64,000 nucleotides of DNA, taken from contig CBDIID010000003.1 of NCBI GenBank assembly GCA_965279515.1, positions 4,128,001 to 4,192,000 on the forward strand. Reading direction: 5' to 3'. Origin of the DNA: Turneriella sp. (GTDB taxonomy: Bacteria > Spirochaetota > Leptospiria > Turneriellales > Turneriellaceae). The position numbers and the translations under genes are program-made. Positions 1-7,779 of the stretch are shown piece after piece. The notes below the pieces were generated by a model. It was given only the letters and a program-made list of their open reading frames with translations, searched no databases and was not told the DNA's origin. The first letter of the stretch is position 1. The number at the start of each line of letters is the position of its first letter.

Positions 1-504
1 ACGCAGGTTGTGCACGATATTGCCGCTGCCGATAAAGAGGATTCCCTTGTCGCGGAGCGGCCGCAATTTTTCACCGATCTTGAAGAACATATCCGGCGAC
101 GCCGCCGCGTCGATCGATAGCTGTAAGACCGGTACATCGGCGGCCGCATGCATATGGACAAGCACGCTCCAGGTGCCGTGATCGAGGCCCCAGTCTTCCG
201 TCAGAGTGGCTGCGCAAGTACCCACAAGTGCCCTTTTCAACTCCTCTGCGACTTCGGGTGAACCGGGAGCCGGGTACTGAACTGCGAAAAGCTCTTGCGG
301 AAAACCGCCAAAATCGTGTATGGTTTTTGGTTTTTTATTCGAGGTGATCTGGGTACCGCGTGTCAGCCAGTGCGCGGAGATACAGACGACGGCGCGGGGT
401 TGCGGCAGCGCTGCGCCGATTTTTTTCCAGGTTGCAGAAAATCCGTTATTCTCAATCGCATTCATCGGCGAGCCGTGGCCGATGAAAAAAACGGGAAGTT
501 TCAG
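1..504 (-). CDS. ygiD: Extradiol ring-cleavage dioxygenase, 4,5-DOPA dioxygenase/LigB family (3' end runs off the window; probable CTG start)
   Basis: Not in the ORF track. Manual translation gives LKLPVFFIGHGSPMN...ISAHW...HDFGGFPQELFAVQYPAPGSP...WGLDHGTWSVL...IGSGNIVHNLR, the typical YgiD motifs. Confidence 0.9.
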   Translation of the reverse strand, partial: MKLPVFFIGHGSPMNAIENNGFSATWKKIGAALPQPRAVVCISAHWLTRGTQITSNKKPKTIHDFGGFPQELFAVQYPAPGSPEVAEELKRALVGTCAATLTEDWGLDHGTWSVLVHMHAAADVPVLQLSIDAAASPDMFFKIGEKLRPLRDKGILFIGSGNIVHNLR

Positions 505-513
505 GCTACCTCC

Positions 514-786
514 TCATTCAGTGAATGAAACCTGCATCTGCAGGCCGCCCGCTGCCTCTTGCATCGAAGAGTAGAGGTTGTTGCTCGTGGCGTCGTCGTC
601 CCACCACGTTGCCGTTAGGGCAAAAGCGCCGATAAACAGGGCCGATACAAACGCCATGATGCGCACACGCACATGTGTGCGGTCTTTGCGCTCGTTTTCG
701 ATACGCGCGTGCATTTTGCGGTCCCACTCGCCGCTATGCAGCCGCATGCTGAATTCGTTTCCCATGGATTGTTTTTTTTGTTTCAT
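514..786 (-). CDS. Small single-TM protein, putative anti-sigma factor
   Basis: 90 aa with one hydrophobic helix (IMAFVSALFIGAFALTATWW), directly downstream of an ECF sigma gene. Confidence 0.55.
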   Translation of the reverse strand: MKQKKQSMGNEFSMRLHSGEWDRKMHARIENERKDRTHVRVRIMAFVSALFIGAFALTATWWDDDATSNNLYSSMQEAAGGLQMQVSFTE

Positions 787-793
787 GTTGTCC

Positions 794-1297
794 TCAAGCC
801 GCCTGCACGATTCGTTCCCTAAGCAGGGCCAGACCGCGCGACAAGCGCGATTTCACCGTGCCGGGTTTTATTTCCAGTCTTTCTACAATTTCGCGCGCCG
901 AAAACCCCATCAGTGTCAGTTCGACCACCCGGGCATAGTGTTCGGGTATATGGCGCAGTTCGTCGATAACCTGCGCCGTCATTTCAGCGAGGCCCTCTTC
1001 CTGGGGTGGCGCCACATTCCAACGGCGGCGTTCCCCCTCGATAAACCGTTCTGCTTTCAGCTCTTCGCGGTGGCAGCGCGAGTTCATGCGCAGCGATTCG
1101 TTTTTCGCGATGGTGTACATATAAGAGCGCAGTTTACTCTGTTCCTTGAGTTTGCCCTTGGTGAGGGCCCGGTAGGCCCGCAGGTAGACTTCTTGCGCGA
1201 CATCGTCGATCGCGTAGGCAAACTTGGCATCGAGGTGCCTGCGGATCGACGCCAGTACCGGGCGCTTCGTCTCCGCAATGATTTCTGAAAACTCCAC
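794..1297 (-). CDS. ECF RNA polymerase sigma factor (sigma-70 family)
   Basis: Region 2 DDVAQEVYLRAY...YMYTIAKN and region 4 GFSAREIVERLEIKPGTVKSRLSRG. Confidence 0.93.
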   Translation of the reverse strand: MEFSEIIAETKRPVLASIRRHLDAKFAYAIDDVAQEVYLRAYRALTKGKLKEQSKLRSYMYTIAKNESLRMNSRCHREELKAERFIEGERRRWNVAPPQEEGLAEMTAQVIDELRHIPEHYARVVELTLMGFSAREIVERLEIKPGTVKSRLSRGLALLRERIVQAA

Positions 1298-1311
1298 CTG
1301 TTCAGCGCCTG

Positions 1312-1761
1312 TTATTTTTCGCCGGAGAATTTTTTTTCGTATTTGAGCAGCGCATCCGCTGCTTTTATGCGCTGTTCGGGTGTCAGCACTTTGTGCAGCT
1401 CGGCAATCTTATCGAGAAAGAGTTCTTCTGCAGAATCGCGCAGGGCAACATGGCGTTTTTTAAGGTCGGCAAGTTTCGTGCGATCGATGTTCTGCGCCCT
1501 GACGATCTCTGTCAGGGTTTTAAACTGTGCATCGCGTTCTGTTTTATCGGCATTGTGTTTTGCCAGCATTTCTTCTTTAATTCTGGTCAACGTGCCGATC
1601 TGCGCCTGGTTTAATTCCAGTTCCTTGGTGATGCGCTTGGCGATCGTCTCTGCCCGTTCTTCTGGTGTCCTATTTTTCCAGGGCTTGCAGTAAACAAATA
1701 CCGTGGCAAAAAAAACAGCCCCCAGCACCAGAAAGAAGCGTTTTGTGCTGTATGTGCTCAT
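1312..1761 (-). CDS. Spy/CpxP-family periplasmic chaperone-like lipoprotein
   Basis: Signal peptide ending FVYC, plus LELNQAQ and VLTPEQR (LTxxQ) motifs. Start set at ATG 1761 behind GGAG; 1776 is an alternative. Confidence 0.8.
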   Translation of the reverse strand: MSTYSTKRFFLVLGAVFFATVFVYCKPWKNRTPEERAETIAKRITKELELNQAQIGTLTRIKEEMLAKHNADKTERDAQFKTLTEIVRAQNIDRTKLADLKKRHVALRDSAEELFLDKIAELHKVLTPEQRIKAADALLKYEKKFSGEK

Positions 1762-1784
1762 CGGGTTATGCTCCATAATATATG

Positions 1785-1811
1785 TAGACCGTAAATATAA
1801 GTATAAGTTCC
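1785..1811 (-). promoter_or_regulatory. Putative ECF-sigma promoter GGAAC-N17-GTCTA
   Basis: Minus strand reads GGAACttatacttatatttacgGTCTA just upstream of the cpxP-like/ECF operon, resembling sigmaE-type -35/-10 elements. Confidence 0.65.
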
Positions 1812-1839
1812 CGGAAAGACCGGATTTTTTAACGCTTCG

Positions 1840-3111
1840 TTACTTATCGAGCAGGATAATTTCGACGCGCCGGTTCTTTGCCCGCCCCTCGGCCGTGGTA
1901 TTGTCGGCCACAGGGTCTTTGGCTCCCTTACCGTCATAACTCATGCCGTCGGGGTTGAGCTCCGCGCTGTCGATCAGGTATTCGGCGACGCGCTCAGCCC
2001 GCTTCTCCGACAATGTCAGATTGTAGGTCTCGTCGCCGGTCGTATCGGTGTGGCCGCGCACGCGGATATGCTTCGCATCGGAAATTTTGAGGATCTGGCC
2101 GACCCGGTCGAGTGCTTCTTTTGCGGGTTTACTCAGTTTCGTACTGTCGGTGTCGAAAAAAACATCGGGGAGCGAGATCGCCACACCCTGATCGGTGACA
2201 CGCACGCTCAGCTCGGGATTATCCTTTTCGATGGATTCCTTGAGTTTTGCGGCAAGATCGACCTTGGCGGTTTCGGTACGCCCCCGGAACTTTCGGTAGT
2301 AGCTGCGGCTTTTGATTTTGAATTCGTTGGCCATGCCCTGTTCATTGACGATGATAACATTATACTCTTCCGTAGCGTAGTAGGGTATCCCCTGCGCGGC
2401 ATCCCAGAACCAGACCGCGGTGACATAACCGAAGACGCGCGGGCCTCCCGGGTCGTCACCGCCGTATGAGAGTTCGTAGTTGGAGATAAATTTGTGGCAG
2501 TTTTTTTCTCCCTCTTCGGATTTTACGTTTTCAACACCACGGTACTCGTAGCGCACACTGAATGGCACCGAGATCAGTGAAGCAAAACGCATGACTTCTT
2601 CGCCGGGTCTTTCCCACGTGGCACCGACCTCAAGCCCGGCCTCGCCCGTCAGCGCGGGATCGCGGTTTTCGGTAAAGGTTGGCACCGAGCGGATGTTTGG
2701 CATGTATTGGCTTTTGTCGACGACGAACTCGCCGCGGGGTTTCAGGAAAAAACTTGCGGTATATTTTTCCGATTCGCCGTAGGCATTCTTGGCATCGGCG
2801 CCGCGGATGAGACTGACGAAAGTACCTTCGAGCGGATAACCCCTGACAGGATCAGGATTTTTTGCTTCGAGCAACACGCGGTGGAATACCGAACGCTTCT
2901 GCGAAATTTTGCCGACTTTGATGGTTTGCTCTGAAAATTTTTTGAGTTCGAGAATCTCACCGGCGGCAAACTGCCAGCGCAGGATTTTCCCTTTGGCTTC
3001 GGCATAGATATCGATCGCGGGCTTTTTTTCAGGCTTCGCCCCGCGCGGGGCGGGGTAAAGCCCTGCTGCACAGATGAGGAAGATAACCGTAGCAGTGCTG
3101 TGCTTAGGCAT
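1840..3111 (-). CDS. OmpA-family protein (C-terminal peptidoglycan-binding OmpA domain)
   Basis: Signal peptide and C-terminal VFFDTDS...RGHTDTTG...NLTLSEKRA...GRAKNRRVEI. Confidence 0.9.
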   Translation of the reverse strand: MPKHSTATVIFLICAAGLYPAPRGAKPEKKPAIDIYAEAKGKILRWQFAAGEILELKKFSEQTIKVGKISQKRSVFHRVLLEAKNPDPVRGYPLEGTFVSLIRGADAKNAYGESEKYTASFFLKPRGEFVVDKSQYMPNIRSVPTFTENRDPALTGEAGLEVGATWERPGEEVMRFASLISVPFSVRYEYRGVENVKSEEGEKNCHKFISNYELSYGGDDPGGPRVFGYVTAVWFWDAAQGIPYYATEEYNVIIVNEQGMANEFKIKSRSYYRKFRGRTETAKVDLAAKLKESIEKDNPELSVRVTDQGVAISLPDVFFDTDSTKLSKPAKEALDRVGQILKISDAKHIRVRGHTDTTGDETYNLTLSEKRAERVAEYLIDSAELNPDGMSYDGKGAKDPVADNTTAEGRAKNRRVEIILLDK

Positions 3112-3185
3112 AGTCTGTTAAGTTGTACAAAACCATAAATTCCGGTTCTCTTTTAAATACGGCAAGAACGCAGCCGTAGGCCAGA

Positions 3186-3376
3186 ATAATTGCGTATCAG
3201 GACAAGCGAATTATGTCACCTGATGGTCAGGATGACCTCAGGCTGGCGCCGTCAAGGATGACGTCCATGCGCCAGCTCGGAAACAGGAGGTTTCGAACCT
3301 GTCGCCGCCAAGGATGGCGTCTTCGCGACAGGCGGAAACAGGAGGTTTCGAACCTGTCGCCGCCATGGATGGCATC
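3186..3376 (+). ncRNA. Putative CsrB/RsmZ-like CsrA-sequestering sRNA (array of 7 GGA-loop hairpins)
   Basis: GGA in hairpin loops at 3200, 3230, 3256, 3286, 3312, 3341 and 3367 (for example ggtcaGGAtgacc, cgtcaAGGAtgacg, gaaacAGGAGgtttc, cgccaAGGAtggcg). Intergenic. Transcript ends are not determinable. Confidence 0.6.
3278..3373 (+). repeat. 41-bp direct repeat, 2 copies with 1 mismatch and a 55-bp period
   Basis: cggaaacaggaggtttcgaacctgtcgccgcca(a/t)ggatggc at 3278-3318 and 3333-3373. Confidence 0.95.
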
Positions 3377-4423
3377 TTAGCGGCTGGGTATGGAAGGCTG
3401 TTTCCGCTGCAGCATGCCAGTCAGCGTCGCTGTCATAAGTTCGCCGGTAACTCCTGACAGACACTGCCATGCCACCGGATTGGTGCAGGTCACCTTGCCT
3501 GGCAATTTCGTGCACGGGCGGCAGGGAAAATCACCGGCAAGCACCCGCGCGCGGGTAGCAAAGGGTTGCCACACGCGTTCATTCAGGGGGCCGAATAGAC
3601 TGAGGCCCGGCACGGCGCAGAGCGCGGCGATATTCAGCGCCTCGGCGTCCGTGCCCGTCACCCAGGCGGCCTCACGTGTGATGGCGATTTTTTGTTCCGT
3701 GCTCGGATGCATAATGAGCTCGGTGACGGCGACCGCGCGTTCGGTCATTGCCTGGCTCAGGTGCCGGGCGAGTTCCTGCGCAGGCAGTGTCTGTTGTGCG
3801 TCGTCTGCCGACGAACTAATCAGCAACATTAGGTGCAGGTTGCGCGCAGACAGGTTGATGAATTTTGTCAGCTGAATCTTCAGCTGTTCCGTCGCCATAT
3901 CTGCCGTGTCGACCGCGATCACGCCGTAACTTTCCTTGGGCAGGTTTATGTTTCCAATCCCTGCTGGCAGTTCCGGTTTTTTCCAGTCGGTAATTTTCTC
4001 CCCGACCAGGTATTCAAAAAAAATCTTCAATTGATGGACATAATGGTGGTTCTCAGTATTAAAAGGCAATGAGTAGTTGAGCGTAGAGAAACCTTTCAGC
4101 GGCGCAAAGCCGGCGCGGTGCTTCAGGAATAACAGCCGCGCCGCCCACTTAAGCGGGCGGTCGGCTTTGGGGTTCGGGTTCAGAAAAACCACCGTGCTGT
4201 ATCTCGCCCGGAAGAAAAACCGCAGGCTGGCGAAAAAACCGACGGGGACAGAAACGGGATTTGCCCAGTGTTCCGTCAGCGCGTGGATACCGTTCACATC
4301 AGGCCTGATGGAAAAGCGGTCGCCCCATAATTTCAGAAAGTAGGGAATGAATGCGTTATAACGCGCATCGAGCGACGAGACGATCAGGGTTTTGGCCGGA
4401 AACTGGATACGTTTGAATTTCAT
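3377..4423 (-). CDS. Glycosyltransferase family 9 (ADP-heptose:LPS heptosyltransferase-like), divergent
   Basis: C-terminal VTGTDAEALNIAALCAVPGLSLFGP...W.P...PCRPC...C pattern typical of GT9. Confidence 0.7.
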   Translation of the reverse strand: MKFKRIQFPAKTLIVSSLDARYNAFIPYFLKLWGDRFSIRPDVNGIHALTEHWANPVSVPVGFFASLRFFFRARYSTVVFLNPNPKADRPLKWAARLLFLKHRAGFAPLKGFSTLNYSLPFNTENHHYVHQLKIFFEYLVGEKITDWKKPELPAGIGNINLPKESYGVIAVDTADMATEQLKIQLTKFINLSARNLHLMLLISSSADDAQQTLPAQELARHLSQAMTERAVAVTELIMHPSTEQKIAITREAAWVTGTDAEALNIAALCAVPGLSLFGPLNERVWQPFATRARVLAGDFPCRPCTKLPGKVTCTNPVAWQCLSGVTGELMTATLTGMLQRKQPSIPSR

Positions 4424-5511
4424 AGAGTTTCTGCGCTCAGTTGCGTCCGGTCCGGAAAAACAATACGCGATGCGAGTCCGGGTGAATCCGCATCCAGGTA
4501 AACCAGGGTCTGTCTTCTTTGGCGGGGCGAAAGTTTCTTTTCGCTGAAAATTTTGGCGACCGATTTTTTGCCATAGGGCTGCCGAATCGCATGCGAGCGG
4601 GTAACCGCGTTGCCGCGAATGAAGGTGCCGGTTTCTGCTGCAGGTAAACCCATATCCTGCCCCAGACCGCGGCGGAATATGATGAGAGCGGTACTTCCGC
4701 TATTTTCAAGATGCGCAAAAAAAGGCGGTAGTGCGAAGGGCAATTTGTGGGCGCGCGAAAAATGGCTGCGTGTGAACTTGCGCACAATGGCGAGACGGCG
4801 GAAAGCAGAGAAAGTTGTGCGGGCTTGTTCGGTTGTAGAGAGAGCGTTCCACTTGGTAAGGGGAAGGCGGAGTTCTCGGGTTTGCCCCTCCCCAGCACAA
4901 CAAGTCTCCTCCCCCAGACTTGGGGGAGGACGGGAGGGGGCGATTGGGGCGTTTCTTACCCGATTTCGCGCAAAGCGCAAATCTCCATTCGCCGGATCTT
5001 CAAACCAGCTAAGGCCCAATGTGATGAGCTGCCCACGCACTTCTTCGCGCGTCAGGCGATAGAGCGGGCGCAAGAAACCCGTATTTTCGTCGCGATCCGA
5101 TAATGCCGGCAGAAATGCGTCCGGAATTTTACGCTCGCGGCGCAGCGCCATCGTTTCCCGGTAATCGGAATAATGGTGCCCGGTTACGATAGCTGAACCC
5201 GGTGTCATACGGCGTAAACGGAGCAGGCGCTTGCGGCGTATGAGCGAAGCGGTATGCTCCCAGCTGTAACCAAGGCGTTTTGCGGTGGCGTTTACATCCG
5301 CCTCATCGCTCAGCAAGCGCGCCTGCGGAAAACGTTGCTGCATGGCTTCGAACACTCTCTGGCGTTCCGGTTCGATAGGGGTGTTATAGTGGTGGAGGTA
5401 CCAAAGCAGGAACGGTTTGCCCGTTTCTGCCGCGGTGTGTGCGGCGAGTACGCTGTCTGCCCCGCCCGAAAATGCTACGATGAAAATCTCTGCGTCGGAC
5501 GGCAGGCTCAA
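4420..5511 (-). CDS. tilS: tRNA(Ile)-lysidine synthetase (divergent)
   Basis: PP-loop AFSGGADS, TGHHYSD, RPL and EDPAN...RNRVR; follows pth. Confidence 0.85.
   Translation of the reverse strand: MSLPSDAEIFIVAFSGGADSVLAAHTAAETGKPFLLWYLHHYNTPIEPERQRVFEAMQQRFPQARLLSDEADVNATAKRLGYSWEHTASLIRRKRLLRLRRMTPGSAIVTGHHYSDYRETMALRRERKIPDAFLPALSDRDENTGFLRPLYRLTREEVRGQLITLGLSWFEDPANGDLRFARNRVRNAPIAPSRPPPSLGEETCCAGEGQTRELRLPLTKWNALSTTEQARTTFSAFRRLAIVRKFTRSHFSRAHKLPFALPPFFAHLENSGSTALIIFRRGLGQDMGLPAAETGTFIRGNAVTRSHAIRQPYGKKSVAKIFSEKKLSPRQRRQTLVYLDADSPGLASRIVFPDRTQLSAETL
4905..4942 (+). repeat. C/G-rich palindromic REP-like element inside tilS (in frame)
   Basis: tcctccccca-gact-tgggggagga hairpin followed by cgggagggggcg; encodes APSRPPPSLGEE on the minus strand. 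Confidence 0.7.
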
Positions 5512-6137
5512 GCGTTAGCTTTGCTGAACTTGGCGCCGAGTTTGAAGCGCGCGAGTACGTCTTTGATGTCCTGGGTGAGAATCGAGCGCAACGCAGCTTC
5601 AGCATCGTTGATGACTTCGATGATCTTCATGTTCTCTTCAAGCGTAAAATCCGAGAGCATGAACGCTTTGATTTCATTGTCTTTCGGCGTCGCCAGTTCT
5701 TTGCCGCGGATCCTCACAGGGCCAACGCCCATGCGGATGCGCACAAATTTATCGGACTTAAGGCCGCGAGCAATCGATTCAACGCCGATGTTGGGAATCT
5801 CGGGAGGACCCTGTGCCACGACGACTTCGCCGTACTTCATCGTGATATCGTCGTGGACAACGATGATGTTGGCGACCTGTACGCGCAGAAACGAAGCGAT
5901 GTAGAGCACAGCTTCGCCCGAAAGGTCCATGAAGGTTTGGGGCTTCAGGAGCACAATATCATGCCCCTCGAAGTCGCCCTGGCCCAAAAGGGATTTTTTC
6001 TTTTTGGTCTTGATCTGAATACCGGTGTTGTTCGCCAAAACATCGACGACTTTAAAGCCGATGTTCTTGCGGTTGTTCATGTACCGGTCCCCGGGATTAC
6101 CGAGGCCGATCACCAGTTTCAGGTTAGACAGTGCCAT
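5508..6137 (-). CDS. pth: Peptidyl-tRNA hydrolase homolog with substituted catalytic His
   Basis: KLVIGLGNPG, KPQTFM.LSG, VVHDD and RIRMGVG, in prs-rplY-pth synteny. The RHN motif reads RKN. Confidence 0.85.
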   Translation of the reverse strand: MALSNLKLVIGLGNPGDRYMNNRKNIGFKVVDVLANNTGIQIKTKKKKSLLGQGDFEGHDIVLLKPQTFMDLSGEAVLYIASFLRVQVANIIVVHDDITMKYGEVVVAQGPPEIPNIGVESIARGLKSDKFVRIRMGVGPVRIRGKELATPKDNEIKAFMLSDFTLEENMKIIEVINDAEAALRSILTQDIKDVLARFKLGAKFSKANA

Positions 6138-6169
6138 GCGTTGCGTTAGCGATTAGGCCGCCTGCAAAA

Positions 6170-6823
6170 TTATTTTTTCGCAGGTTCTGCCTTTGCCGCA
6201 TCGCCCGCCGCAGGTGCAGCAGCACCGGCAGCAGGAGCAGCGCCCGCCGCAGCCGCGGCTGGCGTCGCTTCTTCTTCTTTCGCCTGGTGCGTGACGTGGC
6301 AGATAACAGTCTGTGGATCCATGAGAATCTTCGAATCGGGCGGCAGCTTCACGTCGCTGACGTGTAAGCTATCGCCGATGCCGAGGTGAGAAATATCGAT
6401 CGTCAGGAATTCCGTGAGGTGTTTTGGGAAAGTTTCGTATGGAACTTCGGTCAGGAACACTTCCATGATACCACCGTCTTTCACGCCCTGTGCCTTACCT
6501 TCGATATGAACCGCAATGCGCGTACGGAGTTTTTCATCCTGAGAAACACGGTAGAAGTCGAGGTGTTGCAGAATTTCGCTGACCGGGTGTGACTGGTAAT
6601 CTTTGACGAAAACCTGTTCGATCTTGCCTTCGATGTCGAGGTCGATGAGCGTCGATTCTGAAATACCGTGCGCGAAAAGTTTGCGCGTGTCTTTTTCCAG
6701 GATCTGGATGTTTTCCGCTTTGCCGTGGTTATAGATGACCGCTGGAATGATGCCGGTGCGCAAGAGATTCTTGCCGCCGATTTTTCCGTCCCGTTTGGTC
6801 GCCTTGAGTGTCGCTTTTGCCAT
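6170..6823 (-). CDS. rplY: 50S ribosomal protein L25/general stress protein Ctc
   Basis: IPAVIY, DYQSHPVS...HLDFY, GVKDGG, IGDSLHVSD, and an Ala-rich tail. Confidence 0.95.
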   Translation of the reverse strand: MAKATLKATKRDGKIGGKNLLRTGIIPAVIYNHGKAENIQILEKDTRKLFAHGISESTLIDLDIEGKIEQVFVKDYQSHPVSEILQHLDFYRVSQDEKLRTRIAVHIEGKAQGVKDGGIMEVFLTEVPYETFPKHLTEFLTIDISHLGIGDSLHVSDVKLPPDSKILMDPQTVICHVTHQAKEEEATPAAAAAGAAPAAGAAAPAAGDAAKAEPAKK

Positions 6824-6837
6824 TTTATTCTCCCTTT

Positions 6838-7779
6838 TTACAAAAACAATGAACTGACGGATTTCTCTTCGTGGATACGCGCAATGGCCGTGGCGAAAAT
6901 CGAGCCTACGGACAGTACACGCATACGCGGGAACCGTTTTTCATCGGATATTTTAAGTGTATTTGTGACTACAACTTCGTCGATCGGGCTGCCGATCAGG
7001 TTCTGTATCGCGCTGCCCGAGAGCACACCGTGGGTGGCTGAGGCGATAATTTTCTGCGCGCCCTTTTCTTTAAGCGCGAGTGCGCCTTTGCAGATCGTGC
7101 CGGCGGTATCGATCATGTCGTCGATCAGCAGGCAGTTTTTGCCTTCAACGTTACCGACAATGTGCATGACCTCGGCTTCGTTCGCCCGCTCGCGGCGCTT
7201 GTCGATGATGGCCATGCTGGCGCCCAGCTGTTTGCCGAAGAAGCGCGCACGTTCTGCACCGCCGACATCGGGTGAGACGACGACGAGATCGTTCAGCGCG
7301 AGTTCTTTAAAATATTTGATGAGAATGGGGGCGCCGAAGAGATGGTCGACGGGAATTTCAAAAAAGCCCTGAATCTGGTTGGCGTGCAGATCCATCGTCA
7401 GCACGCGTTTGACGCCGATGGCTTCGAGCATCGTTGCCACGACTTTTGCCGAGATCGGCACGCGTGGCTCGACCTTACGGTCTTGTCGCGCATAACCGTA
7501 GTAGGGAATAACTGCAGTGATGCGGCGCGCCGAAGCGCGGCGTAAGGCATCGACGATCAGCATGAGTTCCATGAGGTTGTCGTTTGCCGGGTTAGATGTT
7601 GACTGGATCACGAATACGTCGGTGCCGCGCACGTTTTCAGAAATTTTGACAGAGATCTCGCCGTCGGAGAAACGTTTGATATCGACGCCGCCGAGCTTGA
7701 CGTTCATCGCTTCGCAGATTTCATTTGCGAGCTCGGTGTTCGAGCGTCCTGAGATAATTTTGAGTTCCGCTTCTACCAT
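6838..7779 (-). CDS. prs: Ribose-phosphate pyrophosphokinase
   Basis: FSDGE, PYYGYARQDRK, DLHA.QIQGFF, SPDVGG and DDMIDTAGT. Confidence 0.97.
   Translation of the reverse strand: MVEAELKIISGRSNTELANEICEAMNVKLGGVDIKRFSDGEISVKISENVRGTDVFVIQSTSNPANDNLMELMLIVDALRRASARRITAVIPYYGYARQDRKVEPRVPISAKVVATMLEAIGVKRVLTMDLHANQIQGFFEIPVDHLFGAPILIKYFKELALNDLVVVSPDVGGAERARFFGKQLGASMAIIDKRRERANEAEVMHIVGNVEGKNCLLIDDMIDTAGTICKGALALKEKGAQKIIASATHGVLSGSAIQNLIGSPIDEVVVTNTLKISDEKRFPRMRVLSVGSIFATAIARIHEEKSVSSLFL

Noticed and set aside
514..516. Selenocysteine recoding of the in-frame TGA between the anti-sigma-like ORF and ygiD
   Set aside because: The TGA does not align with a conserved Cys, no SECIS-like hairpin was recognised, and SD plus CTG is the simpler explanation.
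3278..3373. Direct repeats as a CRISPR array
   Set aside because: Only two copies, the 14-nt gap base-pairs with the repeat itself, and there are no cas genes.
3252..3515. 87-aa minus-strand ORF across the GGA array
   Set aside because: Overlaps the GT9 gene out of frame, and its repeated peptide merely mirrors the DNA repeat.
6190..6280. GCA/GCC-rich low-complexity tract as a DNA repeat element
   Set aside because: Encodes the ordinary Ala/Pro-rich tail of L25/Ctc.
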